A stretch of DNA of 64,000 bases from positions 1 through 64,000 of IMG/VR virus record IMGVR_UViG_3300028042_000005; one strand, written 5' to 3'. Positions 1-7,258 of this stretch are shown here, in pieces. The translations under genes and the position numbers were made by a program. Position 1 is the first letter of the stretch. Every line of letters starts with the position of its first letter. The notes under the pieces were generated by a model, which searched no databases, had not been told where the DNA came from, and worked only from the letters and a program-made list of their open reading frames with translations. Source of the DNA: a virus.

Positions 1-160
1 GCTTTTGTGCTTGGCTAAACCCTGAGCTTTATGCTTTTGTGCTTTTGTGCTTGGCTAAACCCTGAGCTTTATGCTTTTGTGCTTTTGTGCTTGGCTAAAC
101 CCTGAGCTTTATGCTTTTGTGCTTGGCTAAGCCCTGAGTTTTATGCTTTTGTGCTTTTTA
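1..160. repeat. Tandem repeat array with a 40-bp unit (gcttttgt + gcttggctaaaccctgagctttatgcttttgt). Three perfect copies plus a degenerate fourth; truncated by the left window edge.
   Basis: Direct reading: 1-40 = 41-80 = 81-120. Positions 121-152 match the unit without its 8-nt leader, with 2 mismatches. Confidence 0.9.
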
Positions 161-301
161 CCCTCAAGCTCTCAAGACTTACGACTCCCAGCATCTCACG
201 CTTGGCTGTCGAAAAGATTGAGCAAGAAGCTAAAAAATTTTCAGAATTTTTTTCTCTGGATTTTAAAGGTTCTAAGTTTTGTGTTCTGTGTTCTGTGTTT
301 T

Positions 302-368
302 GAAGCTTGGCTAAACTCTAAGCTTTGTGTTTTATGTTTTGTGTTCTGAAGCTTGGCTAAACTCTAAG
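302..368. repeat. Two copies of a 21-bp box, gaagcttggctaaactctaag, 46 bp apart. They share the GCTTGGCTAA core with the upstream array.
   Basis: 302-322 and 348-368 are identical. The flanks are GT-rich (gttctgtgttctgtgttttg). Confidence 0.85.
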
Positions 369-377
369 TTCTAAGTC

Positions 378-406
378 TTGACTCCCAGCACCTCACGCTG
401 TAGAAT
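378..406 (+). promoter_or_regulatory. Sigma70-like promoter TTGACT-N17-TAGAAT upstream of the first CDS
   Basis: ttgact at 378-383, a 17-nt spacer, and tagaat at 401-406. It lies about 37 nt upstream of the ATG at 443. The spacer contains the CTCCCAGC octamer. Confidence 0.45.
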
Positions 407-442
407 CTCATCATAAAGAAACGATTTTGAAGAGGGTGAGAA

Positions 443-889
443 ATGAACGAAATGACAAAACGAGAAGTCATCGACGACTTCAAAAAAGAGAGTTCCTCAA
501 GAATGAGCAAAAACAATAAAACTGGCTGGGCAATCGATTTTGATAATGAATCCGAAACGAACGGGTGCAAAACAGGATTCAAGACTCGTGAAGCTGCTGA
601 AAAAGAGCTTGCCAAACTATTCATCAACAGCTATGACCTAGGGCCCAACGCAAGAGTTCGAAAATTCAGGAACGCAGAACTCAAGGATTTTGGACTCGGA
701 GGAGTTCCCGATCTGGAGCGGTTTGTTGAGGATGCTGAGGGAGATGGACTCGAACCAGCCGAGGGCTCTGACATCTTCGCGCGATGGGATGATCAAATTC
801 TAGAGATTGTTGATGAAGAGGCTTTTGTCGAGGGAATTAAAAAAGCAATCCACGTCAACGGCATTGTTCTTTACGATGAGGAGTGGTAA
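443..889 (+). CDS. Hypothetical protein (148 aa, acidic C-terminus)
   Basis: Complete ORF with ATG preceded by gagggtgag (SD-like). No motif recognised. Confidence 0.6.
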   Translation: MNEMTKREVIDDFKKESSSRMSKNNKTGWAIDFDNESETNGCKTGFKTREAAEKELAKLFINSYDLGPNARVRKFRNAELKDFGLGGVPDLERFVEDAEGDGLEPAEGSDIFARWDDQILEIVDEEAFVEGIKKAIHVNGIVLYDEEW

Positions 890-898
890 CATAGGATT

Positions 899-1387
899 AT
901 GAAGGTTGTAGATTTAAGAGTAAGAAAGTCTCAAATGGAGGCTCCAATCCCTATTCACGATGTCATTGGTCCAGCTTGTGTCGAGTCGGAAAGAAGCGGC
1001 AGAGTCTATTTGGTTTTGAGAGATGGATGTATTTTTGATCTTCAAACGTTCGATTGCTTCGCCGACAAAAAGTGGGTCCATAACTTCAATTGTTGCGTGC
1101 CTCTGAACTTTGAGTTCGTTGGCGAAAGTTGGAAATCCAAAATCGAGAACGGAAGGGTTTTGAACGACAAAAAGTCATGCATGTTCCGAGAGCTGTGTCC
1201 TGGAGACGCTTTCACATGTGAACGGTCTAATGAGGTTCGGATTCTTGCTAGGATGCGTGACCATCGTGGAAAAGAGAAGGTCGGAAGAGCCATAAATCTT
1301 TCAACCATGGGATTGTGTCAAAGGGATTACAGCGACTCCGAAAGAGTCACAATCCATAACATGAGGCTGGTGATTCTTGACAGATAA
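899..1387 (+). CDS. Hypothetical protein (162 aa)
   Basis: Complete ORF following the previous stop by 9 nt, with an AGGA upstream. Confidence 0.55.
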   Translation: MKVVDLRVRKSQMEAPIPIHDVIGPACVESERSGRVYLVLRDGCIFDLQTFDCFADKKWVHNFNCCVPLNFEFVGESWKSKIENGRVLNDKKSCMFRELCPGDAFTCERSNEVRILARMRDHRGKEKVGRAINLSTMGLCQRDYSDSERVTIHNMRLVILDR

Positions 1388-1617
1388 AACAACCACAGAC
1401 ATGGAAGATTTTTGGTCCTCGTATATTTTACACAGGTTGAAGTCGAAGGCTTCCAAGGGCCCAATGATGCCGGAGTTTGTGATTTCGGACGCAGACAGCT
1501 CTTGCTCTTCCTGGATAAACGAGTTCTCAATGTTCCATTGGTGCGAGCTATTAATCGGTGACATTGCCTACTCCAAATTCGAAAACACAAAACACAAAAC
1601 AAACGAAACGACTGAAT

Positions 1618-1932
1618 ATGAAAAACACAAAACTAGAAGAACTCAAGAATAAAGCAATTGAAGCAATTGGAAACGAGGCGTTTCAGGATCTGAAAGTAGA
1701 GCTTGAGCGCGCCGCCATTGGTCCGCTTGAAAAACTCAAAGCTCTGAGCGTGACTCTTGTTGGTGGGCTCTTGATTGCCGCAATGACGGCGTTTGGCGTC
1801 TCTGCTGAAAACCAGCTCTCCGCCGTGTCCGACGTTTGCAAAGCAACAATCGAGCAAGCGGAGGAAAACGTCTCGGACACAGACTCCCAGCAGGTTGATA
1901 CGGACGTCGCGGAGAAGGTGGATGTGGGATAA
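1618..1932 (+). CDS. Hypothetical small membrane protein (104 aa)
   Basis: Internal ATG (MKNTKLEEL...) follows a CA-rich leader. One hydrophobic helix, LVGGLLIAAMTAFGV. Confidence 0.5.
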   Translation: MKNTKLEELKNKAIEAIGNEAFQDLKVELERAAIGPLEKLKALSVTLVGGLLIAAMTAFGVSAENQLSAVSDVCKATIEQAEENVSDTDSQQVDTDVAEKVDVG

Positions 1933-2275
1933 TAGAGAGATTCCAGAGATTACGAATGAGGAAAAGGAGTTCCTTGCGGAAGGGCTTGTATACGGTCCCG
2001 GAGCCGGTCTCGATTTTAGGGTTAGACCCATTCATATCGAAGAGATCGGTAGAACCCGATGGATGAGCCGTAAGGTTGCGTATTTTGAAGTCTCTGGCTA
2101 TAAAGGTCTATTCTCTATGGAATATGGAGACGGCTTGACAGAGCTACAGGAAGGCGACTATCCTGGGCTGTACGAGGGAAACCATCACGAATTTCCGATT
2201 AGAAGAGCAGCCGTCACAGAAAAAGTGATCAAGGTCAAGGAATACAAGACCTTGCGGGAAAAGAAATCCGAGTAA
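1922..2275 (+). CDS. Hypothetical protein (117 aa)
   Basis: The ATG at 1922 overlaps the end of the upstream gene (MWDNREIPE...). The longer track ORF from 1793 overlaps the upstream CDS. Confidence 0.5.
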   Translation: MWDNREIPEITNEEKEFLAEGLVYGPGAGLDFRVRPIHIEEIGRTRWMSRKVAYFEVSGYKGLFSMEYGDGLTELQEGDYPGLYEGNHHEFPIRRAAVTEKVIKVKEYKTLREKKSE

Positions 2276-2295
2276 CTCCCAGCTCTCGGTAAAAG

Positions 2296-2327
2296 GCCTC
2301 AGGACCATGCGTTCTGGGGCTTTTTTG
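2296..2327 (+). terminator. Rho-independent terminator
   Basis: Stem GCCTCAG (2296-2302) pairs with CTGGGGC (2314-2320), one G:U pair, followed by TTTTTT. Confidence 0.6.
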
Positions 2328-2360
2328 CGTCCAGCTTTTTGTCTTGAATATGTGAGTCGG

Positions 2361-3002
2361 ATGTTCTATGATCCATCCATGAACAAAGAGACTTTCGAAC
2401 GGATCGTTGAAGAGCACCAAGACTTTCTCGATGGTAAGCCCTGTGGCAAAAGAGCTGAATTTAAAGAGGTGAGCTTGAAGGATATGACGCTGGAGGGTGT
2501 GGATCTCTCGCAAGCCTCTTTTGACTCGGTTGACTTTTCGGAAGTAAATGTTTCAAACGTCAATTTTTCAAATGCAGCGTTCCATAGCTGCAACATGACG
2601 GCTTGTTTTTGTGGGTCCAAATTCAACAAATCGACCTTCAATTTCACATCGATGATTGACTCAGAGTTCTCTTCCTGCGAATTCAAAGGAACAAAATTTT
2701 ACGTAACCCACATTCTATCATCCAATTTGCATGATTTAAAAGTTGAAGGGGGAACTTGGAGCTTTGGATGGCCGCGCGTTTCAACAGAGAACTATGCGGC
2801 CTATATGCTTACCCCTAGAGTTGTTACTATTGGCTGCACAACGATGGGAGTTCGAGATTGGCTTGGTGAAAAAGGCAGGAAGCTTGCCAATAGTGAGTAC
2901 ATTGATGGGTTGGAATACTCCACTTTGCTGCATTGGGTTCGAGAGTTGGATGTGATTCCGGCGGAGGATCTCGGGTATAAGGCTGAGTCTTGCCAGCAGT
3001 AA
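2361..3002 (+). CDS. Pentapeptide-repeat protein, paralog 1 (213 aa), with a conserved C-terminal GTW..GWP...IGC...WL domain
   Basis: Degenerate A(D/N)LxG-type repeats (VDLSQASFDSVDFSEVNVSNVNFSNAAF...). The C-terminus aligns with the two minus-strand paralogs. The start was chosen downstream of the terminator. Confidence 0.75.
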   Translation: MFYDPSMNKETFERIVEEHQDFLDGKPCGKRAEFKEVSLKDMTLEGVDLSQASFDSVDFSEVNVSNVNFSNAAFHSCNMTACFCGSKFNKSTFNFTSMIDSEFSSCEFKGTKFYVTHILSSNLHDLKVEGGTWSFGWPRVSTENYAAYMLTPRVVTIGCTTMGVRDWLGEKGRKLANSEYIDGLEYSTLLHWVRELDVIPAEDLGYKAESCQQ

Positions 3003-3604
3003 GTCTACGCCAGGCGACGGCACGCGGCCTGGCTGTCCAATTCTCCCGTTGTTTTTACCAACATTCTCGTGTTGGAGACGGAATTTGCGGGGAAGAGTTT
3101 CGCGTAACAATTTACAGCCCAAAAATTCTGAAAGCTGCGTTAAAAACCGAAAAAGAGCTTCAAGAATCGATATCGGACAACTCTCAGTACAACCTATATA
3201 GAAGGCCATCGGTTCGGGCGTGTATCTACGGAGTTGTTTGTTGGGACTCGAACCGTAAGATTGGTGATGACTTAAAAAAGTCAAGAGTTAGAAAGTCCAT
3301 GGCAAGAGGTGGATATGGGCCGCTCACATATGAGCTGGCATTCTATCAAGCACAAATCCTTGAAGGTCTCGCGTCCTTGGGTCCAGATACGATCCTGTCA
3401 AAGGCGGCGAAATGTCTCTGGAGAAATTTTCATAAGCGTGACGACTTCGAGACCATCGGCAGAGGTATTTTTTCCTCCAGCTACTTTCATTTGTCTCCAA
3501 AAAGCCCAAAATCCATGGTAAAAAGGAGCGAGGAGATGGGAAGGAGCTACGCGTTTCTGGACGAAATCCTCGTCAACTCCTGTATTGACTTTGTTCTTCC
3601 GTAG
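2990..3604 (+). CDS. Hypothetical protein; start uncertain (TTG at 2990 or ATG at 3299)
   Basis: Long open frame with no recognisable motif. The first in-frame ATG is at 3299. Confidence 0.4.
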   Translation: MPAVSLRQATARGLAVQFSRCFYQHSRVGDGICGEEFRVTIYSPKILKAALKTEKELQESISDNSQYNLYRRPSVRACIYGVVCWDSNRKIGDDLKKSRVRKSMARGGYGPLTYELAFYQAQILEGLASLGPDTILSKAAKCLWRNFHKRDDFETIGRGIFSSSYFHLSPKSPKSMVKRSEEMGRSYAFLDEILVNSCIDFVLP

Positions 3605-3619
3605 AGGCATCATTAATTT

Positions 3620-4387
3620 ATGAAGAGAAAGCCGTTCATCAAAGAAAAGGTTGTTTACCGAACTCCCGGCGGGGTTGAATTTGACAGCAAAAAGGCAGCG
3701 TACAAGAACTGGGCGGCTGTTTTGTGTTACGAAGCTTTGAATTCGCGCGGCTCGGAGAAGATGCGTAAAGCTTGTGAGCGTGGGTTACCAGAAGGTGTTA
3801 CGAGCAAGGTCGCGAATCTCATGATGAAAATTGATGAGACTCCGCTCTCGGATTACAATACAACTGCCAGTGATGTTGAGGCGTATGTTTGGTCTCGGAT
3901 TCCTTCTGTTGATAAGCATTTTGTTGAGAAGTTGGTGTATTACTCGCAAGCTTGGCATTTGGTTTGGGAGGATAAGCCGATGTTCAATGATTGTATTGAG
4001 GCCTCCAGCCGTGGACCCTCCATCCCGTCTCTTTTTATGCAAAATCTTGGGGATCGAGACGTTTTGACTGAGGAGGAACGTCGCACGGTCGATGCTGTGA
4101 TTGAGCGCTACAAAAACAAAACGGGTCAATGGCTAAAAGACCTTTCCAAGAGAGAAAAGCCTTGGGTCGATGTTAGGAACAAGCTCAAGCTTTCTGCTGG
4201 GGAGAGGTGCGAAGAGGTCATTACACACGCCGCTATGGATGATTATTACTCCTCAATCTATCGTTCGGATTCGCTGGGGCCCGCCCAAGAGCTGACTGAC
4301 GACATTCTCCAGCAGATTCGTGAGGAGTCTACGAAGCTTGTTGCTGTGGTAGAAAAGTTGACCGCCTCACTAGATGGATTTCTGTGA
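3620..4387 (+). CDS. Panacea/DUF4065 (PanA, GepA/SocA-like) domain protein, 255 aa
   Basis: The core KLVYYSQAWHLVWEDKPMFNDCIEASSRGPSIPSLF matches the DUF4065 signature (KL.Y.aQ.w.L...g.plF...ieAw..GPv.p.ly) as I recall it. Confidence 0.6.
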   Translation: MKRKPFIKEKVVYRTPGGVEFDSKKAAYKNWAAVLCYEALNSRGSEKMRKACERGLPEGVTSKVANLMMKIDETPLSDYNTTASDVEAYVWSRIPSVDKHFVEKLVYYSQAWHLVWEDKPMFNDCIEASSRGPSIPSLFMQNLGDRDVLTEEERRTVDAVIERYKNKTGQWLKDLSKREKPWVDVRNKLKLSAGERCEEVITHAAMDDYYSSIYRSDSLGPAQELTDDILQQIREESTKLVAVVEKLTASLDGFL

Positions 4388-4698
4388 GCGCACTGACTAA
4401 AAACGCTCTTTCGTGGGGACTTTTAGAGTCCCAAATTTTGTATTACTTTCCACACCTTGCTCATAAATCATGGGGAGAACCAGTTGACGACTCTGTCTAT
4501 GATTTTGTTGAGGACTACTACACAAAAACATTCAACATGCAGCGCCCTGGACCCCCAAACGTTGAGCGTCCTAGCTCCAGGCTCATAGTTAATAAGCTGG
4601 GGAGCCCAAGGAAGTCGTCAAAGCTCATTGTTGATGTCGCGTATAAAGAGCTAACTGGCAAAAAAGCAAAGAGAACTTCAAAGAAGAAAGTTAAATAA
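4384..4698 (+). CDS. Hypothetical protein (104 aa) with a lysine-rich C-terminus, translationally coupled to the Panacea gene
   Basis: The GTG start overlaps the upstream TGA (GTGA). No motif recognised. Confidence 0.5.
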   Translation: MSALTKNALSWGLLESQILYYFPHLAHKSWGEPVDDSVYDFVEDYYTKTFNMQRPGPPNVERPSSRLIVNKLGSPRKSSKLIVDVAYKELTGKKAKRTSKKKVK

Positions 4699-4699
4699 C

Positions 4700-4981
4700 A
4701 TGCAACATCTCAACAATGAACAGCAACACGTCTTCGGCAAGGTGTTTCGCTCTCCCAGCACTTTGGAGCTATTTCGCGCAGCGCTTGGAATTCTGAAACT
4801 CGAATCAACAAAGGGTGGTGAGTTTGAGAATGCATGCGTATCGCGCATGGAGCGGTTAGAAATCCTTGCAAACGGGCCTCTTGTTACAAAACAAGCCATG
4901 GTAGCCTTGGTCAATCGAGCAAAAGATGTTATCTTGTCTCGGATGATTCTTTTTGAAATGACCAAGCAGGTGGCAAAATGA
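4700..4981 (+). CDS. Hypothetical protein (93 aa)
   Basis: Complete ORF, tightly packed against its neighbours (ATGA overlap with the next gene). Confidence 0.5.
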   Translation: MQHLNNEQQHVFGKVFRSPSTLELFRAALGILKLESTKGGEFENACVSRMERLEILANGPLVTKQAMVALVNRAKDVILSRMILFEMTKQVAK

Positions 4982-5415
4982 ACTCCAGGTTTAGAATCCT
5001 CCACATTTTGACCATTCTCTTTGCCGTTGGATGTGAAGAGCCAGAAGAACTTCCTCCTCCAGCTCCCCAGGAGCGTCCAGGTTATCCAGCTTTGGATCCT
5101 GAGCCAGAGCCCCCGAAGCCAATGAAAAGCGGTGACGAGCTTTGTGAGGCGTTCTGGGAGTGTTCCGTAGGGTGTGGGGAGATTGTGTTCGGAAACGCTT
5201 TTCAAACCCAAGACAAAAAGCTGGAGTGTCTTGAATTTTGCAAGCTCCCCAATTTCGTCACACAGGAGACTGGGGAGGAATGGGGACAAGCTTGTTCGAT
5301 TCTCGTTTCTCCAGATGACAAAAGCTTTGCGGCTTTGCAGCTCCAAGTATGTGACGATGGGTTGGAATTCTGCTACCATTTGGGCGACCTCAGCGATGCG
5401 TCTAAAAACGAATAG
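4978..5415 (+). CDS. Putative Cys-rich lipoprotein (145 aa)
   Basis: N-terminal signal MNSRFRILHILTILFAVGC with a lipobox-like AVGC. A Pro/Glu-rich linker is followed by a Cys-rich region. Confidence 0.55.
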   Translation: MNSRFRILHILTILFAVGCEEPEELPPPAPQERPGYPALDPEPEPPKPMKSGDELCEAFWECSVGCGEIVFGNAFQTQDKKLECLEFCKLPNFVTQETGEEWGQACSILVSPDDKSFAALQLQVCDDGLEFCYHLGDLSDASKNE

Positions 5416-5477
5416 TTTTGATTATTTAGTTTGGATTATTTTTTGATTTCGAAACAAAAAACACAAAACACAAAGTC

Positions 5478-6611
5478 ATGAGTACAACAATGAAAAAAAC
5501 AATCACAATTCTGTCCATGAGCCTCGCGCTTTCTTCCACGGCATGCGGTGAAAAGGAGGCTCTGCCCGCACCCCCTCTTCCTGGAGGAGGAGCCGAATCT
5601 GGAGCGAGCGCAACCAGCGGCGCGACTTCTGCGTCTGGCGGTAGCGGTAGCGGTAGCGATGGCTCCTCTGGCGGGCCGACATGCTCGATGCAATGTCCAG
5701 ACGACGAGAGCGGCACATGCGCGGGCCACGCAGAATGGTCTCGTGGCCTTGTCGTTTGGGGCGTGTGGCAATCGACGGATGCAGACGGCGGCTCTAGCGG
5801 CTCGTTTTCGGTGAGCGATGTCCATGGAGATCCAACCTGTGCAACCATTGGAATCTGTCAGGCATACGAATCCCCATCGGACATTGACGCCTACTCGGCA
5901 GATATGCTTGCTGAGCAGATGCAAAAATGCAAAGCATTCACAAACGCCGATTTGAACTCGCTTGGTCTTACCGACAGCAGTGTTGGACAATACGGGCATA
6001 CTCTCGTTCATCACTTTTGCACGACTGGTCGGCTTGACAAGGATTACATGGGGCAGCATTTCAGCGTCAACCTGGATTCGTCTTTGGATTCCTGTGCTGG
6101 AGTTGAGTGGAAATACGAAGGTTCCTGTAGCGGGCCCGATTGTCCGGACAATCCTGGTGGCTCTGGCACCGACACTGGAACGTCGACTGGCTCCGGAGCT
6201 GGGGCTGAGGAGTATGATTGTTCTTCGTTCCATACGAGCAACATCATTACGACAAATGTTGGTGGAAGAAACGTCCACGAAGTTGACGTTGTTATCCGTG
6301 GAGGAATGCCTCTTGCTATCGCCAGCGATCCATACCCGGCGATGTATTACTGTGCAGATGGCATGGTCGATATCACTGGCACAGTGCACAGCATTGGCGG
6401 GCACTCGGTCATGGGGACGTCTGGATTTGGGCTTATGAATCTTGATGAAATTCAAGAGGTCAATGGCGAGACGGATCCGACGCTCTTTGTGAATGAGCTA
6501 TCGGACGACCTGGCTCCGCTCCTTGCGACTCCTCCAGAGGCGGCGCTTGAAAGCGTTGTGAAGGTTCTTCGTGGATCCACTGTGTGGACCTACAACGTGG
6601 AATGGATTTAG
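5478..6611 (+). CDS. Putative Cys-rich lipoprotein (377 aa) with Gly/Ser-rich linkers
   Basis: Signal MKKTITILSMSLALSSTAC (lipobox-like STAC). It has GSGSGS linkers and many Cys residues. A CA-rich leader lies upstream. Confidence 0.55.
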   Translation: MSTTMKKTITILSMSLALSSTACGEKEALPAPPLPGGGAESGASATSGATSASGGSGSGSDGSSGGPTCSMQCPDDESGTCAGHAEWSRGLVVWGVWQSTDADGGSSGSFSVSDVHGDPTCATIGICQAYESPSDIDAYSADMLAEQMQKCKAFTNADLNSLGLTDSSVGQYGHTLVHHFCTTGRLDKDYMGQHFSVNLDSSLDSCAGVEWKYEGSCSGPDCPDNPGGSGTDTGTSTGSGAGAEEYDCSSFHTSNIITTNVGGRNVHEVDVVIRGGMPLAIASDPYPAMYYCADGMVDITGTVHSIGGHSVMGTSGFGLMNLDEIQEVNGETDPTLFVNELSDDLAPLLATPPEAALESVVKVLRGSTVWTYNVEWI

Positions 6612-6674
6612 CTAGCAAATAATGGGCAATACAGCTCGTTCTTCCACGTCTTGTAAAATCCACTAAAGAATCGC

Positions 6675-6704
6675 CTCCAGGACCTTTTCCTGGGGGCTTT
6701 TTTG
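6675..6704 (+). terminator. Rho-independent terminator
   Basis: CTCCAGG...CCTGGGG hairpin followed by CTTTTTTGCG. The sequence resembles the terminator at 2296-2327. Confidence 0.6.
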
Positions 6705-6812
6705 CGTCTTCTCGTTTCGGCCCCTCATCTTCATTCACATTTGCTCGAGAAGGCCCCTCACGTCTCTCCCAGTATTTTACATAGCTGAAACCTTCGGAGA
6801 GCCTGTCTTTTA

Positions 6813-6843
6813 TAAAAAAAACCCCCAGAGCCCTCTCTGGGGG
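6813..6843 (-). terminator. Minus-strand rho-independent terminator with no annotated gene
   Basis: Perfect 9-bp stem CCCCCAGAG (6822-6830) / CTCTGGGGG (6835-6843) with a 4-nt loop. It is preceded on the + strand by 8 A, which is a U-tract on the minus strand. Confidence 0.55.
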
Positions 6844-6946
6844 CTGCTGGGGAAAGTAGGTCCGAAAGACTGCTGGAGGCTTCCTCTCTTTGTTTTGCCT
6901 GGATCCTCGTCTGATCAGGATCTCCATACGTGTTTGTATTGCCAGC

Positions 6947-6965
6947 AAAACTCTTAAGGAGTTTT
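6947..6965. promoter_or_regulatory. Operator-like palindrome AAAACTC-ttaag-GAGTTTT
   Basis: Perfect 7-bp inverted arms. A related palindrome, GAAACTC-ttta-GAGTTTC, lies at 56771-56788. Confidence 0.4.
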
Positions 6966-7001
6966 GTTTAAGTTTTTAAAACAATTGTGATCCAATCACT
7001 T

Positions 7002-7051
7002 ACTTGATCTTAACCTTAATTTAAGTTAAGTTAAAGAAGTGAGCGAAGCGA
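7002..7051. promoter_or_regulatory. Composite intergenic element: ACTTGATCTTAA, an AT-rich TTAA tract, and TGAGCGAAGCGA
   Basis: The 12-mer at 7002-7013 recurs exactly at 56744-56755. The TGAGCG-AAGCGA box (7040-7051) recurs inverted at 56710-56722. GTGAGCGAAG recurs at 49294-49303. Confidence 0.45.
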
Positions 7052-7258
7052 TACTTCTCTCGGCTGCGCCTCGTTAAGTATCTTCTAGAGTACTAGACGT
7101 ATTTCGGAGCAAAGTTCTCTGATTTATTTTCATTTATTTTTCAAGATCCCGGAGAGAGATCTTGGCAAACCTCCCCAGCACCTTGTAATTGTGCAGAGAG
7201 AGGCTTTTTTATCCAATTGTAAACGTTTCGTAAGCGAGATCTTTTCCGGAAAAAAACT

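Noticed and set aside
1-160. Possible CRISPR array at the window start
   Set aside because: The units are contiguous 40-bp tandem repeats with no unique spacers between them, and no cas genes are present.
1377-1652. Track ORF of 91 aa filling the gap between 1387 and 1618
   Set aside because: Its C-terminal third is just the translation of the CA-rich leader (KHKTNETTEYEKHKTRRTQE) and overlaps the next gene. Two antisense ORFs of similar length cover the same DNA. The coding status cannot be decided from sequence alone, so it is not reported as a feature.
3225-3275. tRNA-like fragment ...ttgggactcgaaccgtaag..., which resembles the reverse complement of a T-arm (GGTTCGAGTCC)
   Set aside because: On the minus strand only 2 bp of a T-stem can pair around TTCGAGT. 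I could not build an acceptor or anticodon arm. It also lies inside an open reading frame. It is probably chance similarity or at most a decayed remnant.
5436-6455. 339-aa minus-strand ORF antisense to the lipoprotein gene, with similar long antisense ORFs at 18035-18910, 21654-22568, 27818-29128 and 32511-33146
   Set aside because: These are shadow ORFs opposite well-supported + strand genes (lipoprotein, terL/portal, capsid, sheath, tape measure). Their products are Arg/Ser/Cys-rich low-complexity sequences without motifs or sensible starts.
6460-6948. 162-aa minus-strand ORF in the large intergenic region
   Set aside because: It reads straight through two terminator hairpins and overlaps the 3' end of the lipoprotein gene. 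Its composition (Arg/Pro/Gly-rich) looks non-genic.
7162-7191. Promoter TTGGCA-N17/18-(G)TAATT(G) upstream of the XRE-like gene
   Set aside because: The -10 element is weak and the spacing is ambiguous, so it is not listed as a feature. It is mentioned only because its spacer carries a CTCCCCAGC variant, like the stronger promoter at 378-406.
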